A stretch of 64,000 nucleotides of DNA, taken from Callorhinchus milii. Taxonomy: Eukaryota. The translations under genes and the position numbers were made by a program. Numbering within the stretch: the first letter of the stretch is position 1; every line of letters begins with the position of its first letter. The stretch spans positions 119,662,001 through 119,726,000 of the forward strand of contig NW_024704742.1 in NCBI RefSeq assembly GCF_018977255.1, written 5' to 3'. Positions 25,385-39,369 of this stretch are shown in pieces. The notes under the pieces are model-generated. The model was not told where the DNA came from, searched no databases, and was given only the letters and a program-made list of their open reading frames with translations.

Positions 25385-25805
25385 AATAATCCTTGCAGTT
25401 GATATAGCAGCTAATCACATTATCAAACCATCTCAAAGTGCCTTCAAAGAACTTACACTAAAGGGTACTTGTTGGTGGACAGTTATTTTGCACAACAATA
25501 TACCACAATCAATCATGCAGTCGATTACTTTCCCCCCCCCCTCAGTAGCCAGAACACCAGGAGAAAATTCCCTTCTTTTTTTAAAATGGTGCCATGGAAT
25601 CTTTAAGGTTCACCTGAATAGACAGACGGGCCCCAGTTTAATATCTCATCCAAAGAACAGCACTTCTAATAATGCAGCGCACCCCCACCCACCACTACAC
25701 TAGGAATGTCAGCCGTGACTGTGAGCTCAAACTCCCATTGTGGGGCTTGTACCCACAACCTTCTGACTCAGAGTCGAGAGTGCTGTCAAATGAGCCAGTC
25801 TGACA
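25385..25805 (-). mobile_element. SINE family B, near full-length
   Basis: CCCACAACCTTCTGACTCAGAG head end on +, plus body and tail. Confidence 0.83.
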
Positions 25806-26239
25806 CATCCACTATTTGAAAGCGGGCAAGTTGCTTTGTTAGTTTGAAAAATTTAGTTGGAAGTAGTTCAATGAGGTTGTATTCAATTTACAATAGCTTT
25901 CTATCATGAGCAATCAAGCAGTACACAAAAAAAATAGATTTATTTATAGGCTGAGTGAGAGGACCACTGGTAAACATTGAATAAATCATTTTAACAACTT
26001 TGCAAAATGTTTCATTTCTACCTTAAAATACCAAGGGGAAAAAGTTGCATTGCAATATCATTATTATCAAAGAACCCAGCAGAATCCATTAATCCCATTA
26101 TACTGACCTTTTACTGTTTCAATGCAAAACTAACATCAAATCAATGCTAAAACAGGAGCATAAAAGCGGCTTTAGATACACTGATCAAAAATTAATTCAC
26201 GTTTCAGGATCAGTGGCGAAAATCACCTTCAGGAGGAAG

Positions 26240-26675
26240 TAATAATACTTGCAATTGATATTGCAACTTATCACATCCTTGAGACATTTCAAAGTGCTTC
26301 ATAGGATATATGAAAAGTGGAGTGAATGTGTATTTTGTGGGTGAAACATAGCAGCTAATTGAGTGCAGCAGTGTCCTACAAACAGCCATGGGGTTGACCA
26401 ATTTTACTTGGGGATTGTTGGCCAGGACACCAGGAGAAACTCCCTTCTCTTTTCAAATAATGCCACGGGATTTTTAACGTCCACCTGAACAGGCAGACGA
26501 GACCTCGGTTTAATGTTTCATCTAAAGGACGCCACCTCCGACAATGCAACACCCCTTCAGTATTGCATTAGAGTGTCACCTTAGACTATGTGATTCTAAG
26601 TCCCGACGTGGGGCTTGAACCCACAAACTTCTGATTCAAGAGGCAAGAGTGGTACCACTGCGCCAGGATGACACA
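26240..26675 (-). mobile_element. SINE family B, near full-length
   Basis: Colinear with the 23556 and 25385 copies. Confidence 0.85.
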
Positions 26676-27119
26676 CAATCCATTCACATCACTGCTGCAC
26701 TGTCCTCCACACTGGGCGTCAAATCTTCCATTCTGCGGTATAGAAACCCTTCACCTTGGATTGGTGAGTACTTCCCACTGAGGTTGCTTGATTTTCAAAA
26801 AAGTGTGTATACTGAACTCCATATACGAACCAGTTAAAGAAAGTTAAAGCTCATGAAATAATAATCCCTTGCACCTTATAACATCGCCAAGACATCTCAA
26901 AATGCTTCATAGGATTTTTTTAAAACTGAACTAAACTATATAAAAAAAACTAATACATAGTGAAAGTGGGTACGGAGAAAATGGCATGGCAGACCTGGTC
27001 ACTGACATCTTAGCCATGACCAGATAGTCTGCGGGCTGATGCCGTCCTGCTGATTCACTTGCTCCTGGTCTCTGAGTGCGCATTTTGGCTGCCGCCCTGA
27101 CCTGAGCCTCCCCCTCCAC

Positions 27120-27587
27120 TCTAAATGTCTCTCCTCCAACCCCTGTCTATTCGCTATTCCCACTCTGTCCTTCTCTCACACCGCCCCTCCCCGCCTTCTC
27201 TCTCTCCTCGACCCCATCACAACTTCCCTCTGCTCCAACCGGGGCATCCTCCTCCAGGCCCATCGTGGCTCCCGGAACTGGCTGTCCCAGAGCAACCTTC
27301 GCTCCACCGGGTCTGGCCTCCTCCTTGTCCCCCGAATCCTCCGCTCCACCATCGGCGGCCGTGCCTTCAGCCACTACCCCCAGAGGCTCTGGAATTCTCT
27401 TCCTCACTCCCTTCGTCTCGCTCCCTCCCTTCCCATTTTCAGGTCTCAGCTGAAGACCTTTCGTTTCAACCCCACCTTTGGTCACCTTCCTCCCCATCCC
27501 CCTGGCTCGGCCCCGGGATCCGTTATTGTGAAGCGCTCTGAGATGCCGTCCGGCGTGGGGGGCGCTATATAAATCCAAGTTGCTGTT
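27120..27587 (+). mobile_element. L2 3' fragment
   Basis: CCGCTCCACCATCGGCGGCCGTGCCTTCAGCCAC..CTCTGGAA motif and tail. Confidence 0.85.
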
Positions 27588-27714
27588 GAACTGACTATGT
27601 ATTTGTAAGCAAACAGCCATGAATGAACAATTTTATGTAAATCAATGGCAGATTAGCCAGTCAGATTGAAAACTGCATTCGTAAATTGAAATATCAAGCT
27701 ATAACAGCAGTTAA

Positions 27715-28270
27715 TATTGTGAGAGCAGGCAGATGGATTTTAATGTAGATAAATTCAAGGTAATGTATATTCAAACAATAAGTGGCAGACATGTACAAAT
27801 GAACGGACACCCTTTAAAAGAGGTGAAGAAGGAAAAGGATTTGGGTTTAAATATTGATCATTCACTGCAGGCATCAATCTCAGTTACTTCTTGGGGACAA
27901 TTTACTAAAGGTTGAAAAAGCCATTTATTCTTTTAAAGATCATCAGCGGTGCTGTATTTGGAATATGGTGTGCATTTTGAGCACCCGGTCTTCAGAGGGA
28001 TAATTAAATATTTGAGAGGGTCAGACTAGGTAGATTCCAGTACTTAGGAGTTGAAAGTTATGGGGAAAGACTCATTGAGATGAACTTATTCTTGTTAGAA
28101 AAAAAACCTTTAAAACATTGAGCAATAGATATGTGAGCAGGCTATTAAACCCAGGCAATGAGAACATGACTAGAGAATTATTATGAAACATTCAAACACA
28201 AAGAGAATCCGAGATTCTCTTTCTCCTCTCCATTTCCCCAGAGTAGTGGATATGTAGAACATACGCCCAA
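27715..28270 (+). mobile_element. Decayed CR1 ORF2 C-terminal fragment
   Basis: QMDFNVDKFKVMY..VKKEKDLGL.IDHSL; LEYGVHF*AP; many stop codons. Confidence 0.8.
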
Positions 28271-29309
28271 CACAAACATTTAATTTAATAAAATAGCTCT
28301 TTCAGAAACAGTCAGGATAACAACAACTTGTATAGCACCCTTCATGCAGGGTAGCATCTCAGAGAGCTGAACAATGGCATAGTTTGACACTGAGTGGTGA
28401 GAAAGAGGAGGTAACCATGGGTACAATAAGTAGCTGCTTGAGAAATGTTTCAGAAGTGATGGGTAATGGTCCAGACTGAGTCTAACGTCTTCACTGGTGG
28501 CAATGAAGCTCAGAATGTATTGAGTACCTTTGATGTTCAGCAAATATTTTTCTCCAAGAGAAAGTGGGTGGGTGAAATCAATGATGCAGTACGTTCTGTG
28601 TGGCTGTGTAAGAAGCTGGCTTGATGAGACACATTGCCTTTTCTCATTGCATGCTTTTAATGTATTTAACTTCCAGAAGATGCTTTCAGAATAAATAAGA
28701 TACAATTGCCTTTCAGGCAATATGACCAAACAGTTGCATTTTAAAACACATTTTAAATGAGTTTATACTCATTTTGAAATATTGGTCAATATCTACAATG
28801 CATAAGGTTGGTTCATCTTCTTTAAAAAGAAATCACTGAAATTAGTAGCCAGGAATTGTAATCACTACCACTAGCCTACAAAAGCATATTCAGGTAATGG
28901 TACAACATTGTACATCTTCATATTGTGCTGCTGAGCATTTAGTGCAAGAATCTATACCATTTATACTATAAAAGAACGCATCAGAAACAAAGTACAACCT
29001 GCTAAACACGATCCCCCAAATGGCCTATTTATCAAGGTTTTCTTCCTATTAAAATAGTGATATTAAAACATCCACTGTGAGGAAAGGGATTAACTCGAAG
29101 GCACTTCCCTCACACAAGCAAACAGGTCAAACAAATGCATCATTCAGTGCCCATCATGTGGTGAGTAATCTTCGAGAATCCCATTCTTATTTTGGAAAAC
29201 ATCATGGAAAACCCAGACTCTGCTCCATAACAGCATTAGAAGTGAAGGCAGAAACAAGCAAAAGCAAGGCTGTTCAGACAAACTCTCCTTCCTCTCAACC
29301 CATAACCCT

Positions 29310-29495
29310 CAACAACAACAACAACAGGATACCATTTATAGAGCGCCTTTCACGTCGGGAGGACGTCCCAAGGCGATGTACAGTTGGGTCAGGACCCGAG
29401 CAGGGGGGAAATGGTCAGGGTGAGGGGAGGGAAGGGAGGGAGCGAGGAGGGGGTAGAGAGTCGAGAGGGGAGCTGAAGGCACGGTCAAAGAGAAG
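29310..29495 (-). mobile_element. Young L2 3'UTR/tail
   Basis: (CAA)n followed by GCGCCTTTCACGTCGGGAGGACGTCCCAAGGCG on +. Confidence 0.88.
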
Positions 29496-30060
29496 TGGTT
29501 GGTGGCATTTACAGCAATAGGAAAAGCTTGACCATTTTAAGAAAAAAACTACATGTATTAAGTAAAACTTTCCCTACCTTCCCCCATCCATATCTCAGGG
29601 AAACATTAATCAGGTATAAGACAGTGAACTGCTGAACTATGCAGTAAGTAAGCTGTATGTGCTGTCAAGTAAGATTTCAATTGATTACAACAGCTTTGAA
29701 CTCTCTAGGGAAGAGGAGATATGAATTTCCTTGCACATCAACTAATACCAGACATGTTAGGCTGTGTGGAGAAGGTCACATGTATATTTATGGAATCTTT
29801 CATTCAGAAAGGAATATATTAACTGCTCCTTAATCTTCCCCCTTCTGGTGTACAAGAACAAACAGTGGCTTACCCGCAAGGGGTAAATAGAACCATGTAA
29901 TTCCTCAAAATAAAAGGGAAATTACACTTTCCAGCTGCAACCGGGACCAAGAAGGGCAATGTTACATACTTGCAGCCACGATCCTGCACTACAATTGTTC
30001 CTGTAGGTCAATGCCAAACGTGGGCAAGCCCCTCACTCTGCTTCAATCTCTGCTGCAAAT

Positions 30061-30384
30061 AATAAATAATAATAATAATCCTTGCATTTGATATAGCTCT
30101 TTTCACGTCGGGAGGACGTCCCAAAGGGCTTCACAGAACACACTGTAAAGTGAATTGACTGTATATTTGTGGGCGAACGCGGCAGCCAATTGTGCACAGC
30201 AATGTCCCACAAACAGTCATGGATTGAAAATGACCAATTTATTATTGTTTTTGGTTTTGGAGGGATTATTATTAGGCGTGTGGAGTAAGGAAACTTGCCC
30301 AAGGTTTCGCCCTCTGCCTGGAATTGAACTCAGGTCTCTCACTTACAAAGCGAGTGCTCTAACCACTGAGCTACAGGACTCCAC
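30061..30384 (-). mobile_element. SINE family A, full-length young copy
   Basis: On the minus strand it starts GTGGAGTCCTGTAGCTCAGTGGTTAGAGCACTCGC (A box) and ends in (ATT)n. Confidence 0.93.
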
Positions 30385-30719
30385 GAATATACTCTCTGGG
30401 AACAGAATCCAATTGAGAACTCATTTCTTTCCCACAAGTACGGTTGGGGTCATTTTTATGTCTTTGCGGCTTCTTTTACAGCGTTTGAAAAAAAGAAGTG
30501 CTGTATTTTATTGAATGGGCATTAGAGCAGGTGACGATGGGAACGAAAAAAGTTGCTCTTTATCTCCTCTCTCTAGCCCTGTGGTTTAATTTTTTTAAAA
30601 AAAGCCAAAGAGGCTATGAAGAGTTCAATCACTTTTCTTTAGTGAAGTCTCATCACGACAATAATGGCATGAATTCCATTTTATAGAATGTTTCTTCTAG
30701 TAGTGGACACTATTTGACC

Positions 30720-30993
30720 ACCTGAGTTCAATTACAGGCAGAGGGCGAAACCTTGGGCAAGTTTCCTTACTCCACACAGAGCCTAATAATAATCCCTCCA
30801 AAACCAAAAACAATAATAAATTGGTCATTTTCAATCTACGACTGTTTGTGGGACATTGCTGTGCGCAATTGGCTGCCGGGTTCGCCCACAAATATACAGT
30901 CAATTCACTTTACAGTGTATTCTGTGAAGCGCTTTGGGACGTCCTCCCGACGTGAAAAGCGCTATATCAAATGCAAGGATTATTATTATTATA
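30720..30993 (+). mobile_element. SINE family A, 5'-truncated young copy
   Basis: Matches the other copies from the B box to the (ATT)n tail. Confidence 0.93.
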
Positions 30994-33900
30994 ATTGTGT
31001 CAACAAGAGTGTTGGCTCCCCTGCTGGAACAATCTACTTTAATTTGGATCCTTTTATTATTAATACAGTATTTTGTTACAAGTATTTGTATAATTGCCCT
31101 TTAAATGCTGCAATAACCATTTACGGGAAGGTAATCCATATTGTAACAATGTTCTCACTTGCAAGAGTTACCAGCAGTTTCAAAATGATTTTTTTAATAA
31201 ATTGGCTCTCTTGTTCCCTGCATTGATGTATTTGAGGTTACAATTTTACAAAAAGCCAAACATTTCCAATATTACAACATTCACAATACATTATAGGACC
31301 CCGAGTTAAGACATTACTGATCCTCTTCCATAACGCATCATTCGTCTATTTTTAATGTTTTCTTCCCTTACGCGTGTCAGTTTACCACAAGACATCCAAA
31401 TTTAACAGGGCAGTCAAGGCTGTGCAAACAGGCTACAATATCAGAAAAGACCCATACAGTCGGTCCTTCTGTCGGACACATGCGAAAGGAAACCCATCGC
31501 CATGTTTAAAAGTACCCAAACCAGAGTTCCATTCCTGCCATCTACACGTAGAAATTCCCCACATATCTCCCACAGAAGGACATACTCTGCTTAACTAATT
31601 CTGGAGAGTAATAGGCGCAGGTTGTCAAGAACCAAGGCTTGGAGGCTCCAGAGTGTACATTGGGGGTACTGCTGGAGTTCAATTCAACTAAACCATATAG
31701 GTTGGCATCGAAAGCATCCTACAACTTGTCCAGATTGGACCACACTATCCGTTAGGGCTTTGACTTGCAAGTCTAACAAGAACTGAATGAGAAGAATCCC
31801 TGTTCCTAGTGACTGGTCTGTACTTCCAAGTCCTGCTGATGAGCCACACTGGCCCATCAGTCATCAGTCGTATCCTGGAATACTACGGATCTGCCTGACT
31901 CAGGAACCAGCCTACCAAGACCGCCACAGATGACTGACTTGATGTCAATATTCCATTGCTAAGCACGTCACCTTGGAGCCAAGAAGCCCCCATTTATCTT
32001 CTTTCCCCCCTCCCATCCCCAGAGGACAGTCACTAGCTGGTTGTTTGATATCTAACAATTCCAGGTTTGAGCCCTCATTGGTTGTATGTCAGGAACTCCC
32101 TTTCGAGCTTCCTTGCTGGGCAACGCAGCTCAGCCAAAAATGTATGGGAGCATTGCCACCATCTTTCTCCCCACAGCTTGCAACCATCAATCTAAGCTAG
32201 TTTTGCTGTAACGCCTCCAATGCCAAGTTTTCCTTAATGTAATACAATATTCAGAATTGAATACTGAACAATTTCAACATCACTTCTTGTGACTTATACT
32301 GCATCTCTTTAGTTATACAATAGAAACATCTTCTCTCTTTAGTTGCACATGTAATGTTAAAAGGCAAATGTACTGGGTAGCAGTGCATTCACATCACATT
32401 TTCACTTCAATGATTGTTTTATTTTTGAACCAGAATATGCAGCAACCTTTTGACAAATATCATTTGAACACTAAATGCACATAATACTCGTCAATCTAGG
32501 ACAGCAAATAATCTCAGACTTCAACATCTAATCCAACAGGAAACTAGGTTTGCTGTGTGCAAATTGGCTGCCACATGGCTCATAAAATATAGTCCACTTA
32601 ACAGTACATCCTGTGAACTCTTTGTAATGTCTTTACGACATGATAAGGTGGTATAACAAATGCAAGGATTTTTATTATTATTGGAAGAATGCACTTCCAA
32701 GCGGCTTGATCAGGGGTTGGTCATATGCCAAGCAATATTTAGTAAACTCTAGCCATTGTTGATGCTCGAACAACTTTTTATTAAAGCCTTATAGCTACAG
32801 TGAATTACTCTAGAAGGATGTTTTTAATCTAAATGGAATGGCAGCATTTTAAAAATGAATTTTAAAGTCCAATTGAACAAAAATCACAGTCAAATGTTTA
32901 TTTTTTAAACAAGAAATTATGAATTGTACACTTTAGGATAAATGCCTCTTATCAGGTACATGTGAAGGTAAGATGAGTTAAGGATAGAATGTTTGGAGAG
33001 CAAATAATCGTAGACATCAAAGCATAAACCTGTTTGTTCACACAATCTTCCTGGATTCATTATCTTAATAGGTTGTCTTAATATCACTACATCAAGGTCA
33101 AAAGTCCCTGATCTGTATTTTGTGATGTTGAACAGGCTTACATTCCCAGAAGCCAACTTGCCTAGAAAAAAGGATTCTTGAGTCCAAGGAGTGCAGCTGC
33201 TGATAATGTTATGAAAAGCAGCCACTGGTCTCTTTAAAGTTCAGATCCGAGTCAATCCCACTTTGATGGTAAACTGACTTCTGTCCGAACACAAGAGGCA
33301 ACACATGACCCATGTTCTCATGGTCACGTAAACAGTAAACAAGAACTCACTCTGTCTTGGTAGTCAGAAACAAATCAAACTCTCACCCAGTCTGAACCAT
33401 GTTTCTCCATCTCAGGGGTTGGCCTGCAGAAATTAGGTGGTGGCTGAACAACAGAAAAACACTGCACTGAACCACTGAGTAACAAAGCCACACGTCTTTC
33501 CCAGTGAAACCATCGTTCCACGGATTAACAGTTTATTTTAACTGTTCCCGACATGCAAACCTTTCCCACACAACAAACCAATCTTTCCTCTTCCACTCAA
33601 TGTACCTTGATTCTACAAGCGTGATATCTGTGCAGCTGAGTAAAATACCTAAAACTTCTCTTTCAAAAAAGTGTTAGGGTTAAAACACCCCTGTAATAAA
33701 ACTGCCCCTGACCACCAAGTACTTTATCATTTTAACGTTAAGGTTTTGTTTTGAAATGATCTTTTGTGAATTTCACTTTTTAAACCCTGAAATTCTCAAG
33801 AATTGATAGCAGTCTATAGGGTAAACAACAACTCTCCCTTTAAAAATTCAGATGTTTTACTCAACACTAAAAGTGCCTTTCCATGGGAACTGCATAATCA

Positions 33901-34104
33901 TGTTGGAAAAACCCTCACATAGGTGATTCTCTTTGTTTTTCTAATGTCATAGAATTTCACTTAGAGAGTTCTCATAAACTACGAATAACAGCACACATCT
34001 TTGCAGTTCATTGGCTGATTGGCAGAATTATTGTGGGTTAAAACAGAATGTTTTATTACATTTTTCAAAATGATAGAATCAGCTTTCATGGAAGCATACT
34101 ACAC

Positions 34105-34660
34105 CTTGCGGGGCGTGCCTGGAACCTCGGTGTCTTGTTTGACACCCAACTGTTAGTCAAACCCCACTTTTGAACTTTCCCTTGCTAAGATTTCGCCTCA
34201 ACTCCACACGTCCTCCACTACCTCTACCCCCAGGGCTTTTGATACACTCATCCACACCTTTATTACATTCAGGCTCAACTATGTCAATTCTCTAACAAAA
34301 ACAGAGATCACTGGGAACACTCAGCAGGTCAAGCAGCATCTATGGAGAAAGGAAAGTTGGTCAACTCCACCCTACCTCTTCAAACTTTTTCACGCATACC
34401 AACCCAGCTGTTCCCTTCGCTCGTCTAACACTGGCCCACTTCACTTCCCCCGCTCTATGCACCCACCATTGGTGTCTGCTCTCTGGAACTCCATTCCTAG
34501 GTCCCTCCAACTTGCTCCTTCCCTCCTTCACAATGCATATTAAAACGTACCCTTTTGACCGTGCTTTTTGTTATCTTTTCCCTCCTTGCCCCCTCAACTC
34601 CCACCTTCAGTTTCAATGTCCAGCCACAATTGTCAAGTGCTTTGGGACATTCTCCCAACT
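34105..34660 (+). mobile_element. L2 3' fragment containing a Penelope-type piece (~34293-34352, minus)
   Basis: GGAACCTCGGTGTCTTGTTTGAC and CTCTGGAACTCCATTCC motifs; the insert matches the 23014 arm. Confidence 0.75.
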
Positions 34661-34744
34661 TATAAGTTGCTAATAAGCAAGCGTGAAGTGCATTGTAAAA
34701 TAAGTTCTTTCTCACTTATTTTCAGGAATCAGTCTACACTCAGA

Positions 34745-35230
34745 TCTCGTTGGACTCAGGCCTCTTTGCTAAGAGGACAAAGGTACCTGTTCTGAGAATT
34801 TTCAATCTGGTATTCAAGTCCAGTGTTGGGGAAGTGTTGCTTTGTCAGAGGTCCCATCCCTCAGATAAGATATTAAGCCAGGGCCTCATCTGCCTGTTCA
34901 AGTAAAACTTTAAATATCTCATTATTCAAAACGAGAAAGGAGTTCTCCTGGTTTGCTGGCTAAGCGCTGGCTTAAGCACTCTGAGACACTACGCTGCGTG
35001 GAGTGCGCTATATAAGTGCAAGTTGTTGTTGTTGTTGTAACAATCCCCCAGATAAAATTGGTCATTCACTTCACAGCTGGCTGTGGGACTTTGCTGTGCA
35101 CAAATTGGCTGCCACAGGCACCTGCTGATGAACAGTCAATACACTTTACAGTGCTATCCTTTGAGCATTTTTGAAGTATTTTGACAATGTGATGAACTGC
35201 TACATCAAATGCAAGGATTATTATTATTAA
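34745..35230 (+). mobile_element. SINE family B with nested L2 tail (34964-35037)
   Basis: Body and tail match family B; the insert ends in (GTT)n. Confidence 0.8.
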
Positions 35231-37519
35231 TATTTGACCAATCACCAGGCCACTTAATACAGCCCGAGTAGACATCACATTTGCCTCCATCCCCTTTGCC
35301 CACCCACGCAAAAAATTGCAGCCTATTCTTAGCCCAGCAACAGAACAAAATCAAAATTAAACCTGTAACCTCTAAAATGTCAGTTGAATAAAAAGGAAAG
35401 GAGCATTTGATGATGAATGAATTGAAAGTTTGTGGTCAATTTCTCACTGAAACAAAAAAATTAACCCCAAAAACGAGCAAGTCATGTTGTTAGGATCAGT
35501 CAATACCATTTGAAGGCAACATAAATACTATTCACATTAGAATCGATTTTAAGTCTTTTAAAAGCAATCTAGTCATCATTTCACATTTAAAATTTATAGG
35601 GATATAAATTCCTGCTACTTCTAGTTTTTAGCGGGTCAAAATAATTCCATGCATCATAATGACTTTTTCCAAACATCATCCAATTCTCAACAAATCTTTG
35701 TGTGCCCAGACATCCTAAAACATCTGCTTATTATATGCTGTAAGTTTAACTTAAGGTTGAGGCACCGGTCCAACTATTTATCACTGGGGTTTAAAGTGCG
35801 AGATTTGCAAACTCCATTAATTGTAACTTCCAGTTTACAAATATCAGATTGTGAGATTTGCAAACTGCAAATCACAAATTCAACCCAGCAAACTCTGACA
35901 AAAGACCCAGCAGGAAACAGAATCCAATTTGCTCAATGTCCATTTTTCACCATTTCCATTCTGAAAATCCAGAAATCTCCATTATTTCATCATTAACAGT
36001 TCTTTCTCTTTAGAATCCAATCACACCATTTCACACGAGCAACTAGAAATACTCCAGTGAACACTTTACGATGCATCATGCCTCACCTTCTGCTAACTCT
36101 GATAGGGTTCCTCTAGGCATAGGCAAGCTTAATTTGTTTCTCTTCTTTCCCTTCTCATGTTCATTCAAGAACCAGGAGAATGGAAACTTGGAAACTCTCT
36201 TGTTCTAATATTCTTTTTGACTGAAGACCTGACAACTGGCTGATGAAATCCCCACGAGTAACTAATCGGTACAAGATTTCAGTGAACAAATTAAATATCT
36301 TCCTTCAAATTTTCCTTCTCGTAGAAGGATCTGGAGGCTCTCCTGAGTATTTAAATACAGAATGAAGCAAGGCAATTCAGTGATTCACTTGGGTACCGCA
36401 TCCACTAACAAAGAACATACACTCTTTTCTTGACTCACTTTGCCTGATAATAATGGCAACAGGTCCTCAAAGAGCTGCATCTGTTCAACTTTATTTCACT
36501 TCTGTATTTCATTCCCACGGAAATCACTTTCCCAGTCTGAAGAAACAGATGTTTGAACTCAAGGGAAGCTACAAAGGTCAGGCTGCACATTACTCTGTTT
36601 CAGCTCTTTTTAAAAATTAAAGTTTGATAAAAAATAATAAATAATTAGCACAATTAAGNTTTTTAAATAACACATCTGACCAGCAACAAGCTACTTGCCC
36701 CTCCATCAGAAGATGGAGCTGTGAACTGTGTATTAGTATAGTTTCAATGCATTTTTAGGTAGTCACACAGCCAATTATATTTTTGTCTGTGCCAAAAAAT
36801 ATCATGAGCAATGTTAAAAGCTCAAGTTATGCAACTCATTGAAATCAGATGAGCTATTCAAACAATTCTGTTTAAAATAATCAAAGATAAAAAGAATGTT
36901 TCACACCAAATTGCTTTAAACCCAAGCACATTCGAAGATTTATTATTTTTTCCCAACAAGAACTTCTTTCTTTTATTGAACATTTGAACAAATATATAAC
37001 CAACACATTAATCACGCCTAAACAATATTTATGACAACTTCAAATTTTCACCAACAGTTCACATCCTGTTTTGACAAAGCATATCATTCCTGGTTGCTGT
37101 GCAGTTGAACACTGAACTTGGGACCAGAAGGTTCTGGAGTCCATTTAGGCTATTCACCCTTTCAAGGTTTAAAAAAAACGTTGGGAAGGGAGGGAAAAGA
37201 GAGACATTGAACTCTCACGGCTCTGAGGAGACGTGTCTGGCAAAAGGCCTGCAATAAATCAAAGCAGCATCTGGTTCGTGGATAAAACCTTGAGATTATA
37301 GAGAAGTGTGATAAAAGCCAGGACATTGCGATCATTTAAGATGCAGCTCAAAGCTAGAACAGTAAGACAGTAGGGTGAATATTCTGGAAATATCAGATCA
37401 AACATACCAAAGAACTTCCTTATCCATGTCCTCAACTAAGTCCAACCAAGCAGGCAGGCCTTAAAAATCCTTGTAAGTGTGATCACAGCTATATCCAAGG
37501 TGATGCACTTGGCAATGGA

Positions 37520-38760
37520 ACCATATGAAACCCACCACCTCCTGCCTCAACCCCTTCCCCACTCAACTGCTGGTCACCCATCTCCCGCTCTTCCGTCCCC
37601 TGCTCTGCCCCCTGCTGGACGACACAATTATCATTTTCTCAGGATCTGTCCCACTGCCCTCAAAAGTCCCCTCCTCAAAAAAAACACGCTTGATCCAACT
37701 AACTACCAGCCCATTTCAAACTTGCCCTTCATTTCTAAAGTCCTGGAATGTACTGTTGTCAACTAACTTCACTCACATCTCTCTCTCTCCAGTCCATACC
37801 TGAACCCTCCAGTCCAACTTCTACCCTACTCACAACACTGAGACAGCACTCAAAGTCACAAATGACATTCTTTTTCTCTGTGATCAAGGCTATTTCTGCC
37901 TCCTTGTCCTCTTGCATCTTTCAGCTACGTTCGACACAATCAATCATGTGATCCTCCTCAACCGCCTCTCCTGCCACATCCACCTTAGTGAAACCACAGT
38001 CTCCTGGTACAATTCTGACTTAACCAAACACCATCACTTCATTTCTGCAAATGTTTTTTCCTCCTGTGCCAGCCCGGTCAAGGTTCCCCAAGGTTCCATC
38101 CTTTGCGGCCTTCTTTTCCTTATTTACATGCTCCCTCTCAGCGATGTCATCTGCAGACATGGGATCAACTTGTACATGTATGCAGATGACACACAAATCT
38201 TCCTCCAGCTGAAACCCCAGGACTGCTGATGTTCTGTCCTCTTGCTCGTCAGACATAAAGCCTGGAAAAGCAACAACTTTCTGCAGCTGAATGTTGTCAA
38301 GACGGAATATAATAATAATAATCCTTGCATTTGATATAGCGCTTTTCACGTCGGGAGGACGTCCCAAAGCGCTTCACAGAACACACTGTAAAGTGAATTG
38401 ACTGTATATTTGTGCGCGAACGCGGCAGCCAATTGCGCACAGCAATGTCCCACAAACAGTCGTAGATTGAAAATGACCAATTTAATTATTGTTTTTTTGT
38501 TTTTTTGGAGGGATTATTATTAGGCTCCGTGTGGAGTAAGGAAACTTGCCCAAGGTTTCGCCCTGCCTGGAATTGAACTCAGGTCTCTCACTTGCAAAGC
38601 GAGTGCTCTAACCACTGAGCTACAGGACTCCACATACTCTCATCAATATCTTCTCACCTGCAACTTCAACCTCCTTATCTTCTCAGACTTACTGAACCTG
38701 TGTGTAACCTAGGGTCAGTTGTCCTTCCTACCACACATTCAGTCCCTGATCAGGACCACT
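37520..38760 (+). mobile_element. L2 ORF2 RT fragment, interrupted by a SINE
   Basis: LDPTNYQPISNLPFISKVLE, LSATFDTINHVILL, VPQGSIL, MYADDTQ. Confidence 0.9.
38308..38633 (-). mobile_element. SINE family A, full-length, inserted into an L2 ORF2 fragment
   Basis: Complete head and tail; it interrupts the L2 sequence immediately after the NFLQLNxxKTE-coding segment. Confidence 0.93.
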
Positions 38761-38779
38761 TGCCTCCAAATGAGCAATC

Positions 38780-39030
38780 AGGGAGTTTAGGAGATTTTTT
38801 TTCAGAGTGGTTAAGAATATGGAATATTTTGCCAGGAGCAGAATCCACATTAGGTTTCAAAAGGGAACTAGATAAATATCTAAAAGGGAGTAACCTATAA
38901 TACAAATTTACATATGTACAATGCCTTTCACTCAAGGCGATGCTACAGGGGTATGGGGAAAGGGCAGGTAAATGGAACTGGAAGGATTGCTCTTAAAATA
39001 GTCAGCACAGACCCAATGGGTTGAATAGCT
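38780..39030 (+). mobile_element. CR1 3' end fragment
   Basis: FFS...IWNILP...FKRELDKYL followed by a CR1-like 3'UTR. Confidence 0.75.
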
Positions 39031-39089
39031 AACACACAGAACACAAAGTCCCTATATTTTACAATATGTCCTATAATAATATTAATCAT

Positions 39090-39369
39090 ACTAATAACAC
39101 TTGCATTTGATATAGTGCCTTATCACATTTTCGATGAGTCTCAAAGCGCTTCACAGAATATACTGTAAAGTGAATTGACTATATTTTTTGTGGGCAAAAC
39201 ACAGCAGCCAATTGCACACAGCAGTGTCCCACAAACAGAAGTAACCAATTTATTATTGTTTTTTTTTCTTGAGGGATTACTATCAGGTGTGTGGCATAAG
39301 GACACTTGCCCAAGCTTTCACCCTGCCCAGGAATCAAACCCAGGTCCTATCACCAGTAAGCTACAGGAG
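39090..39369 (-). mobile_element. SINE family A, diverged copy
   Basis: Tail, central domain and a partly deleted head are recognisable. Confidence 0.82.

Noticed and set aside
30310..30384. tRNA genes (also at ~38560-38633, 62311 and similar sites)
   Set aside because: These tRNA-like sequences are SINE heads continuing into SINE body and tail, with no clean acceptor stem or terminator.
36439..36536. Possible minus-strand exon (TTCTTCAG|ACTGGG...GCAAA|GTGAGT); similar candidates near 20217-20327, 22072-22169 and 33142-33161
   Set aside because: Splice-like signals only; the translations match nothing I recognise, and such pseudo-exons are common in long introns.
36659..36659. Single ambiguous base (n)
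   Set aside because: An assembly or base-calling artefact, not biology.
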